Notes under the pieces: model-generated
The model's input: the letters and a program-made list of their open reading frames with translations, nothing else
Databases searched by the model: none
What the model was told of the DNA's origin: nothing
From: Gemmatimonadales bacterium
GTDB lineage: Bacteria; Gemmatimonadota; Gemmatimonadetes; Gemmatimonadales; GWC2-71-9
Length of the DNA stretch: 64,000 nt
Direction: 5' to 3'
Assembly: GCA_035577025.1 (NCBI GenBank)
Contig: DATLVU010000003.1
Location: 2,433 to 66,432 of the forward strand
Part shown: one piece after another, positions 41,844 to 50,801 of the stretch
Numbering within the stretch: position 1 is the stretch's first letter
Layout of the letters: every line of letters begins with the position of its first letter
Made by a program: the position numbers and the translations under genes

Positions 41844-43300
41844 AAACAGGCCTCCAGCAGCACGCCGCGCTCTCGCAGCAGCTCCGGATCAATCCGCGGC
41901 TGTACCAGGCCATGGACCTGCTGTACATGCCGCTGCTCGATCTGCAGCAGCATCTGAAGCAGGAGCTGCTCGGCAACCCGTTCCTGGAGCTGGTGGAGCC
42001 CGAGGACGAGACGGAGGTACCCCTCGCCGAAGAGGCGAAGGAGGACGCGAAGGAAGCGGAGAAGAACGACGAGCCCGACTGGGAAGACATCCTCCTCGAC
42101 GACGGCTCGGACTCGAGCGCGCCCCCGCGCGACATGAGCGAGGCGCGGGAGTACGTGGAGCCGGTGCCGGTCGAGACCAAAGACCTGTCAGACCACCTGC
42201 GGGAGCAGGTGCGCCTGCTCGACCTGACGCCGCGCCAGCAGCTCCTCGCCGAAGAGTTCATCGGGAACATCGCGGAGGATGGCTACCTGGGCGCCACGCT
42301 GGAGGAAATCGTGCGGGGCGCCAATCAGCTGCTCGAGGAGCATGCCGTCGAATCGGAGCAGGACCTCCAGCCCCAGCTGTACACGCCCGCGGAAGCCGAC
42401 GAGATGCTCCGCATCGTCCAGAAGCTCGATCCCCCGGGCGTGGGCGCTCGCGACCTACGGGAGTGCCTGCTGCTGCAGCTCGAGGCACGGGGCGAGACCG
42501 ACACGCTGGCGTACCGGCTGGTGCGGGAGGCGTTCGAGGACTTGAAGGCGCACCGCTGGAGTGACTTGGGCAAGCGCTTCGGGCTCGACGCGGCGGAGGT
42601 GCAGAAGGTGGCCGACGACCTCGCCAAGCTCGATCCCAAGCCTGGCCTCCAGTACTCGTCGGCGAACGAGGCCTACATCATCCCGGACCTGGTCGTCGAA
42701 AAGATCGACGGCGCGTACAAGGTCTTCCTGAACGACTCCGGTCTGCCGCGGCTCCGGATCTCCAGGACCTATCAGGAGATCGCGCGCGACAAGAAGAAAT
42801 TCCAGGGCGAAAACAAGGACTTCATCAACCAACGGATGAACAGCGCGCATTGGATGATCCAGGCGATCGAGCAGCGGCGGCAGACCATGCTCAAGGTCAT
42901 GAACTTCATCGTCGACCGGCAGAAGGAGTTCTTCGAGAAGGGCGTGGAATACCTGAAGCCGCTCACGCTGCGCGAAGTGGCCGATGTCATCAACATGCAC
43001 GAGAGCACAGTCAGCCGGGTCACGAACGAGAAGTATGTCCAGACGCCGCGCGGCCTCCTCCCGCTCAAATTCTTTTTCTCGAGCGGGCTCTCGACCACAA
43101 CGGGCGAAGACGCCAGCGCCCGCGCCATCCGCGCCCAGATCCAAAAGATGGTATCGGACGAGGATCCCAAGAATCCGCTCACCGATCAGCAGATCGTCGA
43201 AATGTTCGCGCAGAAGGGCGTCAAGATCGCCCGCCGGACCGTCGCCAAGTACCGTGACCAGTTGAGCATTCTCCCGGCCCGGATGCGCAAGCGCCTGTGA
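41840..43300 (+). CDS. rpoN: RNA polymerase sigma-54 factor
   Basis: Gln/Leu-rich region I ([21 protein letters not shown]), acidic region II and a C-terminal HTH. RpoN box ARRTVAKYR. Confidence 0.95.
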   Translation: MKTGLQQHAALSQQLRINPRLYQAMDLLYMPLLDLQQHLKQELLGNPFLELVEPEDETEVPLAEEAKEDAKEAEKNDEPDWEDILLDDGSDSSAPPRDMSEAREYVEPVPVETKDLSDHLREQVRLLDLTPRQQLLAEEFIGNIAEDGYLGATLEEIVRGANQLLEEHAVESEQDLQPQLYTPAEADEMLRIVQKLDPPGVGARDLRECLLLQLEARGETDTLAYRLVREAFEDLKAHRWSDLGKRFGLDAAEVQKVADDLAKLDPKPGLQYSSANEAYIIPDLVVEKIDGAYKVFLNDSGLPRLRISRTYQEIARDKKKFQGENKDFINQRMNSAHWMIQAIEQRRQTMLKVMNFIVDRQKEFFEKGVEYLKPLTLREVADVINMHESTVSRVTNEKYVQTPRGLLPLKFFFSSGLSTTTGEDASARAIRAQIQKMVSDEDPKNPLTDQQIVEMFAQKGVKIARRTVAKYRDQLSILPARMRKRL

Positions 43301-44274
43301 GCCTCGCCACCGGCGCGACGATGCCCGAGGTGAGCGTCCTGGTCCCGGCGAAGGACGAGGTGGAGAATCTCCCGGAATTCGTCCGCCAGGCGCGCGAGGC
43401 ACTCTTGCCGCTGCCGTATACCTGCGAGATCGTCGTGATCGACGACGGCAGTCACGACGGGACCGCCGAGACGCTGCGCGAGCTCTCCGCGAAGCATCCG
43501 TTCGTGCGGGTCGTGACGCATCGGAGCCAGCGGGGCATCGCTGACGCGCTCGCGTCCGGCGCCGACGCCGCGCGCGGCCGGGTCCTCGTGTTCTATCCCG
43601 CCGACCTCCAGTACCGGCCCAGCGACATCCCGAGCCTGGTCCAACCCATTCTCGATGACTCGGCCGACTTCGTGACCGGAACGAAACAGGGCCACTACGA
43701 GAAGCGGTTCGTGTCGTGGGTCTACAACGGTCTGTGCCGCTGGCTCTTCGGCATCCGGGTCACGGACTTGAACTCGGTCAAAGCTTACCGTCGAGAGGTG
43801 ATGGATGGATTGATCACACGCCCCGACTGGCACCGGTTCATGGTGGTGATCGCGGCGACACAGGGGTTCCGGGTCGCCGAGCGTCCGGTGCCGCTCCAGC
43901 CCCGCCGGGCCGGGAAGTCGAAGTTTGGGATCGCCCGCATTCCGGTTGGCGTGCTCGACCTGCTGTCCGTGTGGTTTCAGCTGCGGTTCGGTCGCAAGCC
44001 GATGTTGTTCTTCGGCGTACCCGGTGCCGCGCTGATCTTGCTTGGCGGAGCGGTGGCCCTGTACGCCTTGATTGAGCGGTACGTATTCCAACACGGCAAT
44101 CGGGCGTTTCTGTACCTCGTGCTCCTGCTCGTGCTGGCTGGGCTCATCCTCTTCGGCTTCGGGTTCGTGGGGGAAATGCTTGCTGGCATGCGGGAGGAGC
44201 TTCGTTCGCTCAAGCGGGAGCACGATGCAACCCGCGGTCGGGATGCGGGAGATGGCACCGGGCGGTCGAAGTAG
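43297..44274 (+). CDS. GT2 glycosyltransferase with two C-terminal TM helices (GtrB/CsbB/ArnC-like polyprenyl-phosphate glycosyltransferase)
   Basis: VSVLVPAKDE...VVIDDGSHDGT and a DxD-type core. C-terminal helices MLFFGVPGAALILLGGAVALYALI and FLYLVLLLVLAGLILFGFGFV. Start GTG 43297 or ATG 43321. Confidence 0.8.
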   Translation: MSLATGATMPEVSVLVPAKDEVENLPEFVRQAREALLPLPYTCEIVVIDDGSHDGTAETLRELSAKHPFVRVVTHRSQRGIADALASGADAARGRVLVFYPADLQYRPSDIPSLVQPILDDSADFVTGTKQGHYEKRFVSWVYNGLCRWLFGIRVTDLNSVKAYRREVMDGLITRPDWHRFMVVIAATQGFRVAERPVPLQPRRAGKSKFGIARIPVGVLDLLSVWFQLRFGRKPMLFFGVPGAALILLGGAVALYALIERYVFQHGNRAFLYLVLLLVLAGLILFGFGFVGEMLAGMREELRSLKREHDATRGRDAGDGTGRSK

Positions 44275-44422
44275 ACCCCTGTAACCGCTGCACCACAGGC
44301 ATCCCACGTGATCGCTGCGTGGATGCAACAGATGATCTCTGGTGCCAGGCTTGGGCGGTCTCGGTGCGGGACTTGCGGCGGCGACGCATCAGTGCGCCGT
44401 TCGAGGCCAGGAGTAGCACAGC

Positions 44423-45823
44423 GTGCCGCCGCTTCCGCTCACCACACTGCTTGAGACCGCTCTCCCACGACTTTCGAGAAGCGGTCGGGCAGTTGTCGGG
44501 GCGCTCGGGTGTTTCAACGGGAAACCACAGTCGCCGAGTCACGTGGCGGCTTTGGTCGGATTACGGACGCGCTTCCAGCTGGCGCGAGCGCTGCGACGTG
44601 AAGGCCTGCCACCGTTCGAGGAGCTCGCGGCCTGGACACGCGTCCTCTACTGGCTTCAGGAAGCAGAGCGGACTGGAGCGTCCCTCTTTCATCTCGCGCA
44701 ACACGCGGGCATTGATCCTGCGGTCGCCTATCGCCTAGTCCTTCGAACGACCGAACTGCACTGGGTGGAGGCGCGTCGGGCAGGTCTCGCCGCCGTGGTG
44801 CGCCGATTCAAGGACCGATGCTACGCAGGTGGGCAGGTGGCGTCACCTACACGTCCCAAGGCCCCGCCTGCGCCGGCCGCCCGCAACGAGCTGCGCGACA
44901 CGGGCACCCCTCTCGAGCCGCGCCTCTCCCCGAGCAGACACGAGCTCCCGGCGCACCCTCGCGGAGAGATGACGGAGCGTCTGCGACTCGACGGCTACCC
45001 GTTCGACGTTGCGATGGGTGCGCACGGCGAGGTGTGGCTGTCGCGGGTCCACGCGGCTTCGGTGGACTGTCTCACGCTCGAACCGCTCAGGGTTCTCTGC
45101 TCGGTGCCCACCGGGGCGGTTCCCTCGCGGATCGCCATCGCCCGATCTGGTCAGTACGCGTACGTGTCAAACCAGTTCGCGTCCGAGGTCGCCGTCATCG
45201 ACCTCCAACAACGTCGGCAAATTGGCACGATCGCCGTCCCCGGAAATCCCCTGGGGGCGGTGCTGTCCCTAGACGGCCAAACGCTGTTTGTCACGACCAA
45301 CCTGGACTGCCTCCACGCCATCCGGCTCCCCACGGGACAGATCATTCGGTCTGTCCCAATTCCGATGGCCTGCACGAGCCTCCTGCTTCATCCCGGCGGA
45401 ACCAGACTTTTCGTCCCCACCTTCAGGGCCGGCACGATTCTCGAGCTCGAGACCCGCACGCTGAAGACCCTGGGGAGCCACGGCGTGGGCGGCGTCGTGC
45501 ACGAGCTGGCGTGCACGCCCGACGGCCTGCGCTTGTACGCGACGAACGAAGACGGCTGGGTGGACGCGATTCAGCTCACAACCGGCCGGCGCGATTCGTT
45601 GCAGTGCGGAACGATGGTCCACGGTCTGGCCCTCAGCCCGGACGGCGCCGTGCTGTATGCCGGACTCCTGCGGGCGGGCGCGGTGGCCGTCGTAGATCGG
45701 GAAAGGTTGAGGCACGTAGCGACGATCCACACTGGTGGAAAGCCCCGCCGCATTGCCTTCGACATCACGGGTCGCCGCGCGATTGTCGCGAACGAGGACG
45801 GCTGGGTCGACCTCATCACCTGA
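44423..45823 (+). CDS. Fusion protein: HTH-like (AraC-type-looking) N-terminal domain + YVTN-type beta-propeller
   Basis: GTG 44423 lies 9 nt after AGGAG. The N-terminal ~135 aa have two helix-turn-helix-like segments, followed by a Pro-rich linker. The C-terminal ~280 aa have repeated ...YVSN/LFVTT/LYATN... blades paralogous to the two downstream genes. No signal peptide. Confidence 0.65.
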   Translation: MPPLPLTTLLETALPRLSRSGRAVVGALGCFNGKPQSPSHVAALVGLRTRFQLARALRREGLPPFEELAAWTRVLYWLQEAERTGASLFHLAQHAGIDPAVAYRLVLRTTELHWVEARRAGLAAVVRRFKDRCYAGGQVASPTRPKAPPAPAARNELRDTGTPLEPRLSPSRHELPAHPRGEMTERLRLDGYPFDVAMGAHGEVWLSRVHAASVDCLTLEPLRVLCSVPTGAVPSRIAIARSGQYAYVSNQFASEVAVIDLQQRRQIGTIAVPGNPLGAVLSLDGQTLFVTTNLDCLHAIRLPTGQIIRSVPIPMACTSLLLHPGGTRLFVPTFRAGTILELETRTLKTLGSHGVGGVVHELACTPDGLRLYATNEDGWVDAIQLTTGRRDSLQCGTMVHGLALSPDGAVLYAGLLRAGAVAVVDRERLRHVATIHTGGKPRRIAFDITGRRAIVANEDGWVDLIT

Positions 45824-45949
45824 GCGTCCCGCACACTCGCAGTATGACGCCTGGTGCGGTGCCGCTTGCGACTCCCCCAAGCACCGAGTGCATGTTCCTC
45901 CCTGACACCGGCGTTCTGAGATCTTGAGTGTGAGTGACGGGAGGGACCA

Positions 45950-47815
45950 ATGGTGATGACGCGACGTTCCCTGGTTGCGTGCGCGATCGGTTCGTGGATC
46001 GCCGTGGCATGCACGAACTCCGTCGGCCCGAATGGGACGACGACGCTCCAAAGCGGCAAGCAGCAGGGGAGCACGAGTCGCGTCTTGATCAGCGGCGGGC
46101 CACTCGGCGTCGCCGTGTCGAAGGTCGGCGTCACCTACGTGACTCGTGACCAGGCGGGAAGCGTCGTGCGGTTGAACGGGACCTCGACGGCCTTTGGCGA
46201 CACCATTGCGGTCGGTTCGATACCCGCGTTCGTCGCGTTCAATCCGGCAGGCACTACGGCCTACGTCGCGAACCTCGCGAGCGACTACATCAGCATCATC
46301 GATGTCGCCTCGAACACTCAGACGACGACGATCCCGGTGACCGGAGATCCGCTCCCCGTCGCGGTCGCTTCCGACGGCGGTACCCTGTTCACGACCACCA
46401 ACGCGAATCAGCTCTTCAAGATCGACTTGGCCACGAACACGGTCGTCGGATCGCTCCCGCTCCCGGCTACCTCGCACCATCTCCTCGTGCATCCCAACGA
46501 CACCTTGCTCTACGTCGCCACGCGGGACGCAGGAAGCGTACTCGAAGTGAACTGGCGCACGATGACGGTGGCCCGGACGTTCACGCTGGGCGGCCGCCCG
46601 CAGGGCATGGCGATCGCGCCCGACCGCAGTGAGCTGTACGTCGCCAACGAATTGTCCAACGTGCTGCAGATCGTCAATCTGTCTACCGGCGCGGTCAGCC
46701 AGGTCTCACTCGCGGGGGGTGGGGAAGGCCTCGCCCTCAGCGCGACCGGGACCACGTTGTACGTCGGCCTCGTGTTCAACGGTATGGTGCAGGTCATCGA
46801 TCGTAGCAGTCGTGCCATCATCAACACCCTTAATACCGGGGGCGTCCCGCGGGAGATAGCCGCCGACCCGACCCAGGACCGGGCTATCGTCGCCAACGAG
46901 TCCGGGTGGATCGACATCATCGGGGGCGCCGGGCCTCCGCCTCCGGACACCGGTAGCGTATCTCAGATCTCGCTTTCAGGGGGACCCCTCGGCATCGCGA
47001 TAACGCCGAGCGGTATCACCTATGTCACCCTCGATCAGGCCAATCTCGTCGCCCGGCTCGATCGGGGAGCCACAAGCTTCAATACCACCATTCCGGTCGG
47101 GGTCGTGCCCTCGTTCATTGCATTCAATCCCTCGGGCACCACGGCCTACGTGGCCAATCAGTTCAGCGACAACATCGGCATCATCGATGTCGCCTCTAAC
47201 ACCCAGACGACCACGATCCCGGTGACCGGAGATCCGCTCCCCGTCGCGGTCGCTCCCGACGGCGGTACCCTGTTCACGACCACCAACGCGAATCAGCTGT
47301 TCAAGATCGACCTGGCCACCAACACGGTCGTCGGGTCGCTCCCGCTCCCGGCCACCTCGCACCATCTCCTCGTGCATCCCAACGACACCTTGCTCTACGT
47401 CGCCACGCGGGACGCAGGAAGCGTGCTCGAGGTGAACTGGCGCACGATGACGGTGGCCCGCACGTTCACGCTCGGCGGGCGCGCGCAGGGCATGGCGATC
47501 GCGCCCAACCACAGCGAGCTGTACGTCGCCAACGAATTGTCCAACGTGCTGCAGATCGTGAACCTGTCTACCGGCGCGGTCAGCCAGGTCTCACTCGCGG
47601 GGGGCGGGGAAGGCCTGGCCCTGAGCACCGACAACACGAAGCTCTACGTCGGCCTGGTGTTCAACGGGCAGGTGCAAGTCATCGACCGCAACTCGCGCAC
47701 GATCGTTCAAACCTTCCATACCGGAGGTGTGCCGCGCGAAATTGCGGCCGACCCGGCCATGCGGCGCGTCTTGGTTGCCAATGAGTCGGGGTGGGTAACC
47801 GTTATTTCGCCGTAA
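45950..47815 (+). CDS. Probable lipoprotein with two tandem YVTN-type beta-propeller modules
   Basis: Signal/lipobox-like N-terminus MVMTRRSLVACAIGSWIAVAC. GGGAGGG Shine-Dalgarno before ATG 45950. 621 aa made of two ~295-aa modules that are highly similar to each other. Confidence 0.8.
   Translation: MVMTRRSLVACAIGSWIAVACTNSVGPNGTTTLQSGKQQGSTSRVLISGGPLGVAVSKVGVTYVTRDQAGSVVRLNGTSTAFGDTIAVGSIPAFVAFNPAGTTAYVANLASDYISIIDVASNTQTTTIPVTGDPLPVAVASDGGTLFTTTNANQLFKIDLATNTVVGSLPLPATSHHLLVHPNDTLLYVATRDAGSVLEVNWRTMTVARTFTLGGRPQGMAIAPDRSELYVANELSNVLQIVNLSTGAVSQVSLAGGGEGLALSATGTTLYVGLVFNGMVQVIDRSSRAIINTLNTGGVPREIAADPTQDRAIVANESGWIDIIGGAGPPPPDTGSVSQISLSGGPLGIAITPSGITYVTLDQANLVARLDRGATSFNTTIPVGVVPSFIAFNPSGTTAYVANQFSDNIGIIDVASNTQTTTIPVTGDPLPVAVAPDGGTLFTTTNANQLFKIDLATNTVVGSLPLPATSHHLLVHPNDTLLYVATRDAGSVLEVNWRTMTVARTFTLGGRAQGMAIAPNHSELYVANELSNVLQIVNLSTGAVSQVSLAGGGEGLALSTDNTKLYVGLVFNGQVQVIDRNSRTIVQTFHTGGVPREIAADPAMRRVLVANESGWVTVISP
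46079..47812 (+). repeat. In-frame tandem duplication (period 885 nt = 295 codons) inside the double-propeller gene
   Basis: 46295-46750 and 47180-47635 align with about 23 mismatches in ~455 nt (about 95% by eye). The flanks of each copy are much more diverged. Confidence 0.9.
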
Positions 47816-47913
47816 GCGCAGCGGTGGACCCGCCCGGGCGGGGGTTGGGGGGGCATTATGACGTCTGGTGCGCCTCTCCTTGCCCTGCACCCGGCGCGGT
47901 GCAGGTTGGCGCA

Positions 47914-48867
47914 ATGCACTCGTTGAAGCGCTGTTTCATATCGTTACTTGTCATGACGGTGCTGGCCTGTGGGAACTCCACGGCCCCGGCGCCTCTCCAT
48001 TTCGTTCTCGCGACGCCCATTTCGGTCGCAGGGTCGCCCGTCGACGTCGCCGTTCTTTCCACCGGCCTGGCCCTGGTTACACGCAGTACGGTCGACTCCG
48101 TGCAGGAGGTCAACCTCACGGACTCCACGGCGCTCGCGGCCGTTCCGGTCGAGGTATTGCCCACCTTTGTGATCTTCGGTCCGACGGGGACTACGGCCTA
48201 CGTCAGTAATCAAGGGTCCAACACCATCGGCGTGATCAACGTCGCGACGGCGGTCCAATCGGATTCCATCCGGGTCAACGGCAATCCCGTTCCGATGCAG
48301 GTCACCGCCGACGAGAAGACCCTGTTCGTCACAACGAATGTAAACCGGCTATACCGGATCGATCTGGCGACGAAGACGGCGACGGACTCGCTGGACCTGC
48401 CGGCCACGTCTCATCATCTGCTCCTTCGGCCAGACGGGGCGCGGCTGTACGTCGCGACACGGGATGGAGGAAGCGTTCTCGAGGTTGATCCGGCGACACT
48501 CACGGTGCTCCGCACGTTCACGCTGGGCGGCCGTACACAGGCGATGGCCTTCTCACGAGACGGGACGGTGCTCTACGTGGCGAACGAACTGAAGCCCCTG
48601 GTCCAGAGCATCAACCTGACGCCCGGCACTGTGGGAGACTCGGCCATCCTCGCGGGCGAGGCGAACGGCATTGCCCTGGACGCCAGCGGCGCACGGATCT
48701 TTGCGTCGCTCATCTTCTCCGGCGCGGTGGCGGTCATCGATCGCGCCACGATGATCGTCGACACGACCATTGCAACGGGCGGCATGCCCCGCGCGGTCGT
48801 CAGCGACGCGCCCCGACATCAGATCATCGTCGCGAACCAGGGCGGTTGGCTCGACGTCATCCGGTAG
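47914..48867 (+). CDS. Probable lipoprotein, single YVTN-type beta-propeller (third paralogue)
   Basis: Start at ATG 47914. Signal peptide plus lipobox MHSLKRCFISLLVMTVLAC. Shares LPATSHHLL, LYVATRDGGSVLEV and RTFTLGGR motifs with the upstream gene. Confidence 0.8.
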   Translation: MHSLKRCFISLLVMTVLACGNSTAPAPLHFVLATPISVAGSPVDVAVLSTGLALVTRSTVDSVQEVNLTDSTALAAVPVEVLPTFVIFGPTGTTAYVSNQGSNTIGVINVATAVQSDSIRVNGNPVPMQVTADEKTLFVTTNVNRLYRIDLATKTATDSLDLPATSHHLLLRPDGARLYVATRDGGSVLEVDPATLTVLRTFTLGGRTQAMAFSRDGTVLYVANELKPLVQSINLTPGTVGDSAILAGEANGIALDASGARIFASLIFSGAVAVIDRATMIVDTTIATGGMPRAVVSDAPRHQIIVANQGGWLDVIR

Positions 48868-50065
48868 TCCGCCGGCCTGACGTCGCGGCGCTGTAGACCT
48901 CCTTCCAACGTTGGACAATCGCGCTCCAGTTGAATCGGTCCCGCACCCGCTGTCGCCCCGCCTCCCCGAGGCGGCTCGCGAGGGCCGGATCTTCGATCAG
49001 TCGCCGGAGCGCTCCCGCGAGAGCAGCGGCGTCGCCCGCGGGGACAAGGAGTCCGGATACCCCGTCTTCCACGATGTCCGGGATGCCCCCGATCCGGCTG
49101 GCAATGACCGGCGTCCCGTAGTTCATCGCCTCGAGGAGCACCACGCCGAGTCCCTCCGTGTCGCCGCGGGCGTCGACCACCGATGGCAGTACGAATACCG
49201 CCGCCCGGGCGTAGCTCGCCTGCAGCTCGTCGGACGTCACCTTCCCCCGAAAGGTGATCCGGTCGGCGACCCCAAGCGCCTCCGCCCGGGCCTGCAAGCT
49301 GGCGCGCGCCGGACCGTCGCCGATGATCTCGAGCGAGAGCTCTCGATCGCTCACCCGTGCAATCGCGTCGATCAGATAGGCGACCCCCTTGCGCTCGACG
49401 AGGCGGCCCACGAACAACACCGGTCCGCGCGGGTGCCCGGGCAGGGAAGGGCGGGATGCGACGGGGCCGGCGTCGGGTAGGCTGGTGGTGTAGGGAATCA
49501 CTTCGACCGGCACGCTCACGACTTCGAGCAGCTCTTGGGCTGTATCGCTCGAGATCGCTACGACACGGTCCGATCTCCTCGCCGCCCAGGCGAGGAACCC
49601 CTTGAGGAACGGCAGGGAGCGTTTCACCCAACGCACCTCGACCCCGTAGAACGTCGTCACCAGCCGTGAGCCGCCCGCGCGTTGGGCCGCCCAACCCAGT
49701 AACGCGAGCGGCAGCGGCCAGTGGACGTGAATGAGGTCGTAGCGGTGTCGGCGGCAATGTCGCCAGATCGCGAACATTCCCGCAGCAACGAAGCACAGGG
49801 GCAGTAGCCGGTAGAGGAGAGACCGACGCATGCGGTCGGGGGCGGTCTCCTCATGCGTCAGGTTCTCCCAGTGCCGCAGGAAGTACCGGAAACGGTAGAC
49901 GGGGATGCCTTCGAAGACCTGATCGCCGAGCCCGCGATACGCCGACGTGAACACGTCCACCTCGAAACCCGCCCCACGCAGTCGCTGGATCAATTCCACG
50001 AGCCACGGCGTGATGACGTCCTCGCGCTCGCGAGGGAAGGCCGTGACGACGTGGAGCACACGCAT
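48857..50065 (-). CDS. GT4 (group 1) glycosyltransferase
   Basis: Start at ATG 50065 (MRVLHVVTAFP...). C-terminal GT4 signature EGLGVVLLEAMNYGTPVIASRIGGIPDIVEDGVSGLLV. The 3' end overlaps the convergent propeller gene by 11 nt. Confidence 0.88.
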   Translation of the reverse strand: MRVLHVVTAFPREREDVITPWLVELIQRLRGAGFEVDVFTSAYRGLGDQVFEGIPVYRFRYFLRHWENLTHEETAPDRMRRSLLYRLLPLCFVAAGMFAIWRHCRRHRYDLIHVHWPLPLALLGWAAQRAGGSRLVTTFYGVEVRWVKRSLPFLKGFLAWAARRSDRVVAISSDTAQELLEVVSVPVEVIPYTTSLPDAGPVASRPSLPGHPRGPVLFVGRLVERKGVAYLIDAIARVSDRELSLEIIGDGPARASLQARAEALGVADRITFRGKVTSDELQASYARAAVFVLPSVVDARGDTEGLGVVLLEAMNYGTPVIASRIGGIPDIVEDGVSGLLVPAGDAAALAGALRRLIEDPALASRLGEAGRQRVRDRFNWSAIVQRWKEVYSAATSGRRTTG

Positions 50066-50186
50066 GGGCGTGAAACTATACGCGGAGGGGAGGTCGGTGT
50101 CCAAGAGGCGGCCTTTCCTGAACTTACGGGCCCTGGTATCTTGCACGTCCGACCCCTTACCGTACTGCTGTCGAGGATCGCGAACG

Positions 50187-50801
50187 ATGACCAATCGAAT
50201 CGCTCCGGCCTCCCCGGAGCTCCGGAAGTTCTACAGCGCGCGCTACGACTGGCGTAACTCGGGTGAGGAGCGCATGCGCTTCCGCAAGGCGACGCATCTC
50301 GCTCAGGTGCGCCCCGGCAGCGCGGTGCTCGATATCGGCTCACGAAATGGAGATTTGCGAAAGTATCTCCCGCCGGACGTCAAATACCAGGGATTGGACA
50401 TCGCCCCGGAGTTCGCGGCACCCGAGATCCTGATTCACGACATCACGTCCGGCCTCCCGTTCGCCGACGCGTCGTTCGACTACGTTTTCATGATCGAGGT
50501 GCTCGAGCACACGCCGACAGCCTACAACACGGCCGGCGAGATTCACCGGGTGCTCCGACCCGGCGGCACGTGGGTGGTCTCGGTTCCCAACCCGTATCAC
50601 GTGAAGGAAATCATCTGGAACCTCCTCCGGGTGCCGGACCGGCAGGGGCACATCTACAGCTGGACTCGGCAGACGATCTCGAGACTCGGAGAGATGAACG
50701 GCTTTCGGCTGGCGGATTGGGGTGGCACGTACTTCTACCCACCGATCCCGGCGCCGTGGCTGTTGGCGCGGTCCATTGCATACAAGTTCGTGAAGTCCTG
50801 A
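50187..50801 (+). CDS. Class I SAM-dependent methyltransferase
   Basis: Start at ATG 50187. Motif I VLDIGSRNGD and post-I/II DYVFMIEVLEH...LRPGG. Divergent from the GT4 gene. Confidence 0.8.
   Translation: MTNRIAPASPELRKFYSARYDWRNSGEERMRFRKATHLAQVRPGSAVLDIGSRNGDLRKYLPPDVKYQGLDIAPEFAAPEILIHDITSGLPFADASFDYVFMIEVLEHTPTAYNTAGEIHRVLRPGGTWVVSVPNPYHVKEIIWNLLRVPDRQGHIYSWTRQTISRLGEMNGFRLADWGGTYFYPPIPAPWLLARSIAYKFVKS

Noticed and set aside
44319-44738. 139-aa plus-strand ORF overlapping the 5' part of the HTH-propeller gene.
   Set aside because: It lies in a different frame from the 466-aa ORF, which has a Shine-Dalgarno and clear paralogy to its neighbours. The product is Arg/Ser/Cys-rich with no motif.
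50134-50145. Sigma-54-like TGGTATCTTGCA in the divergent GT4/methyltransferase spacer.
   Set aside because: Only 6 nt separate GG from GC, against the 10 nt required for the -24/-12 geometry.
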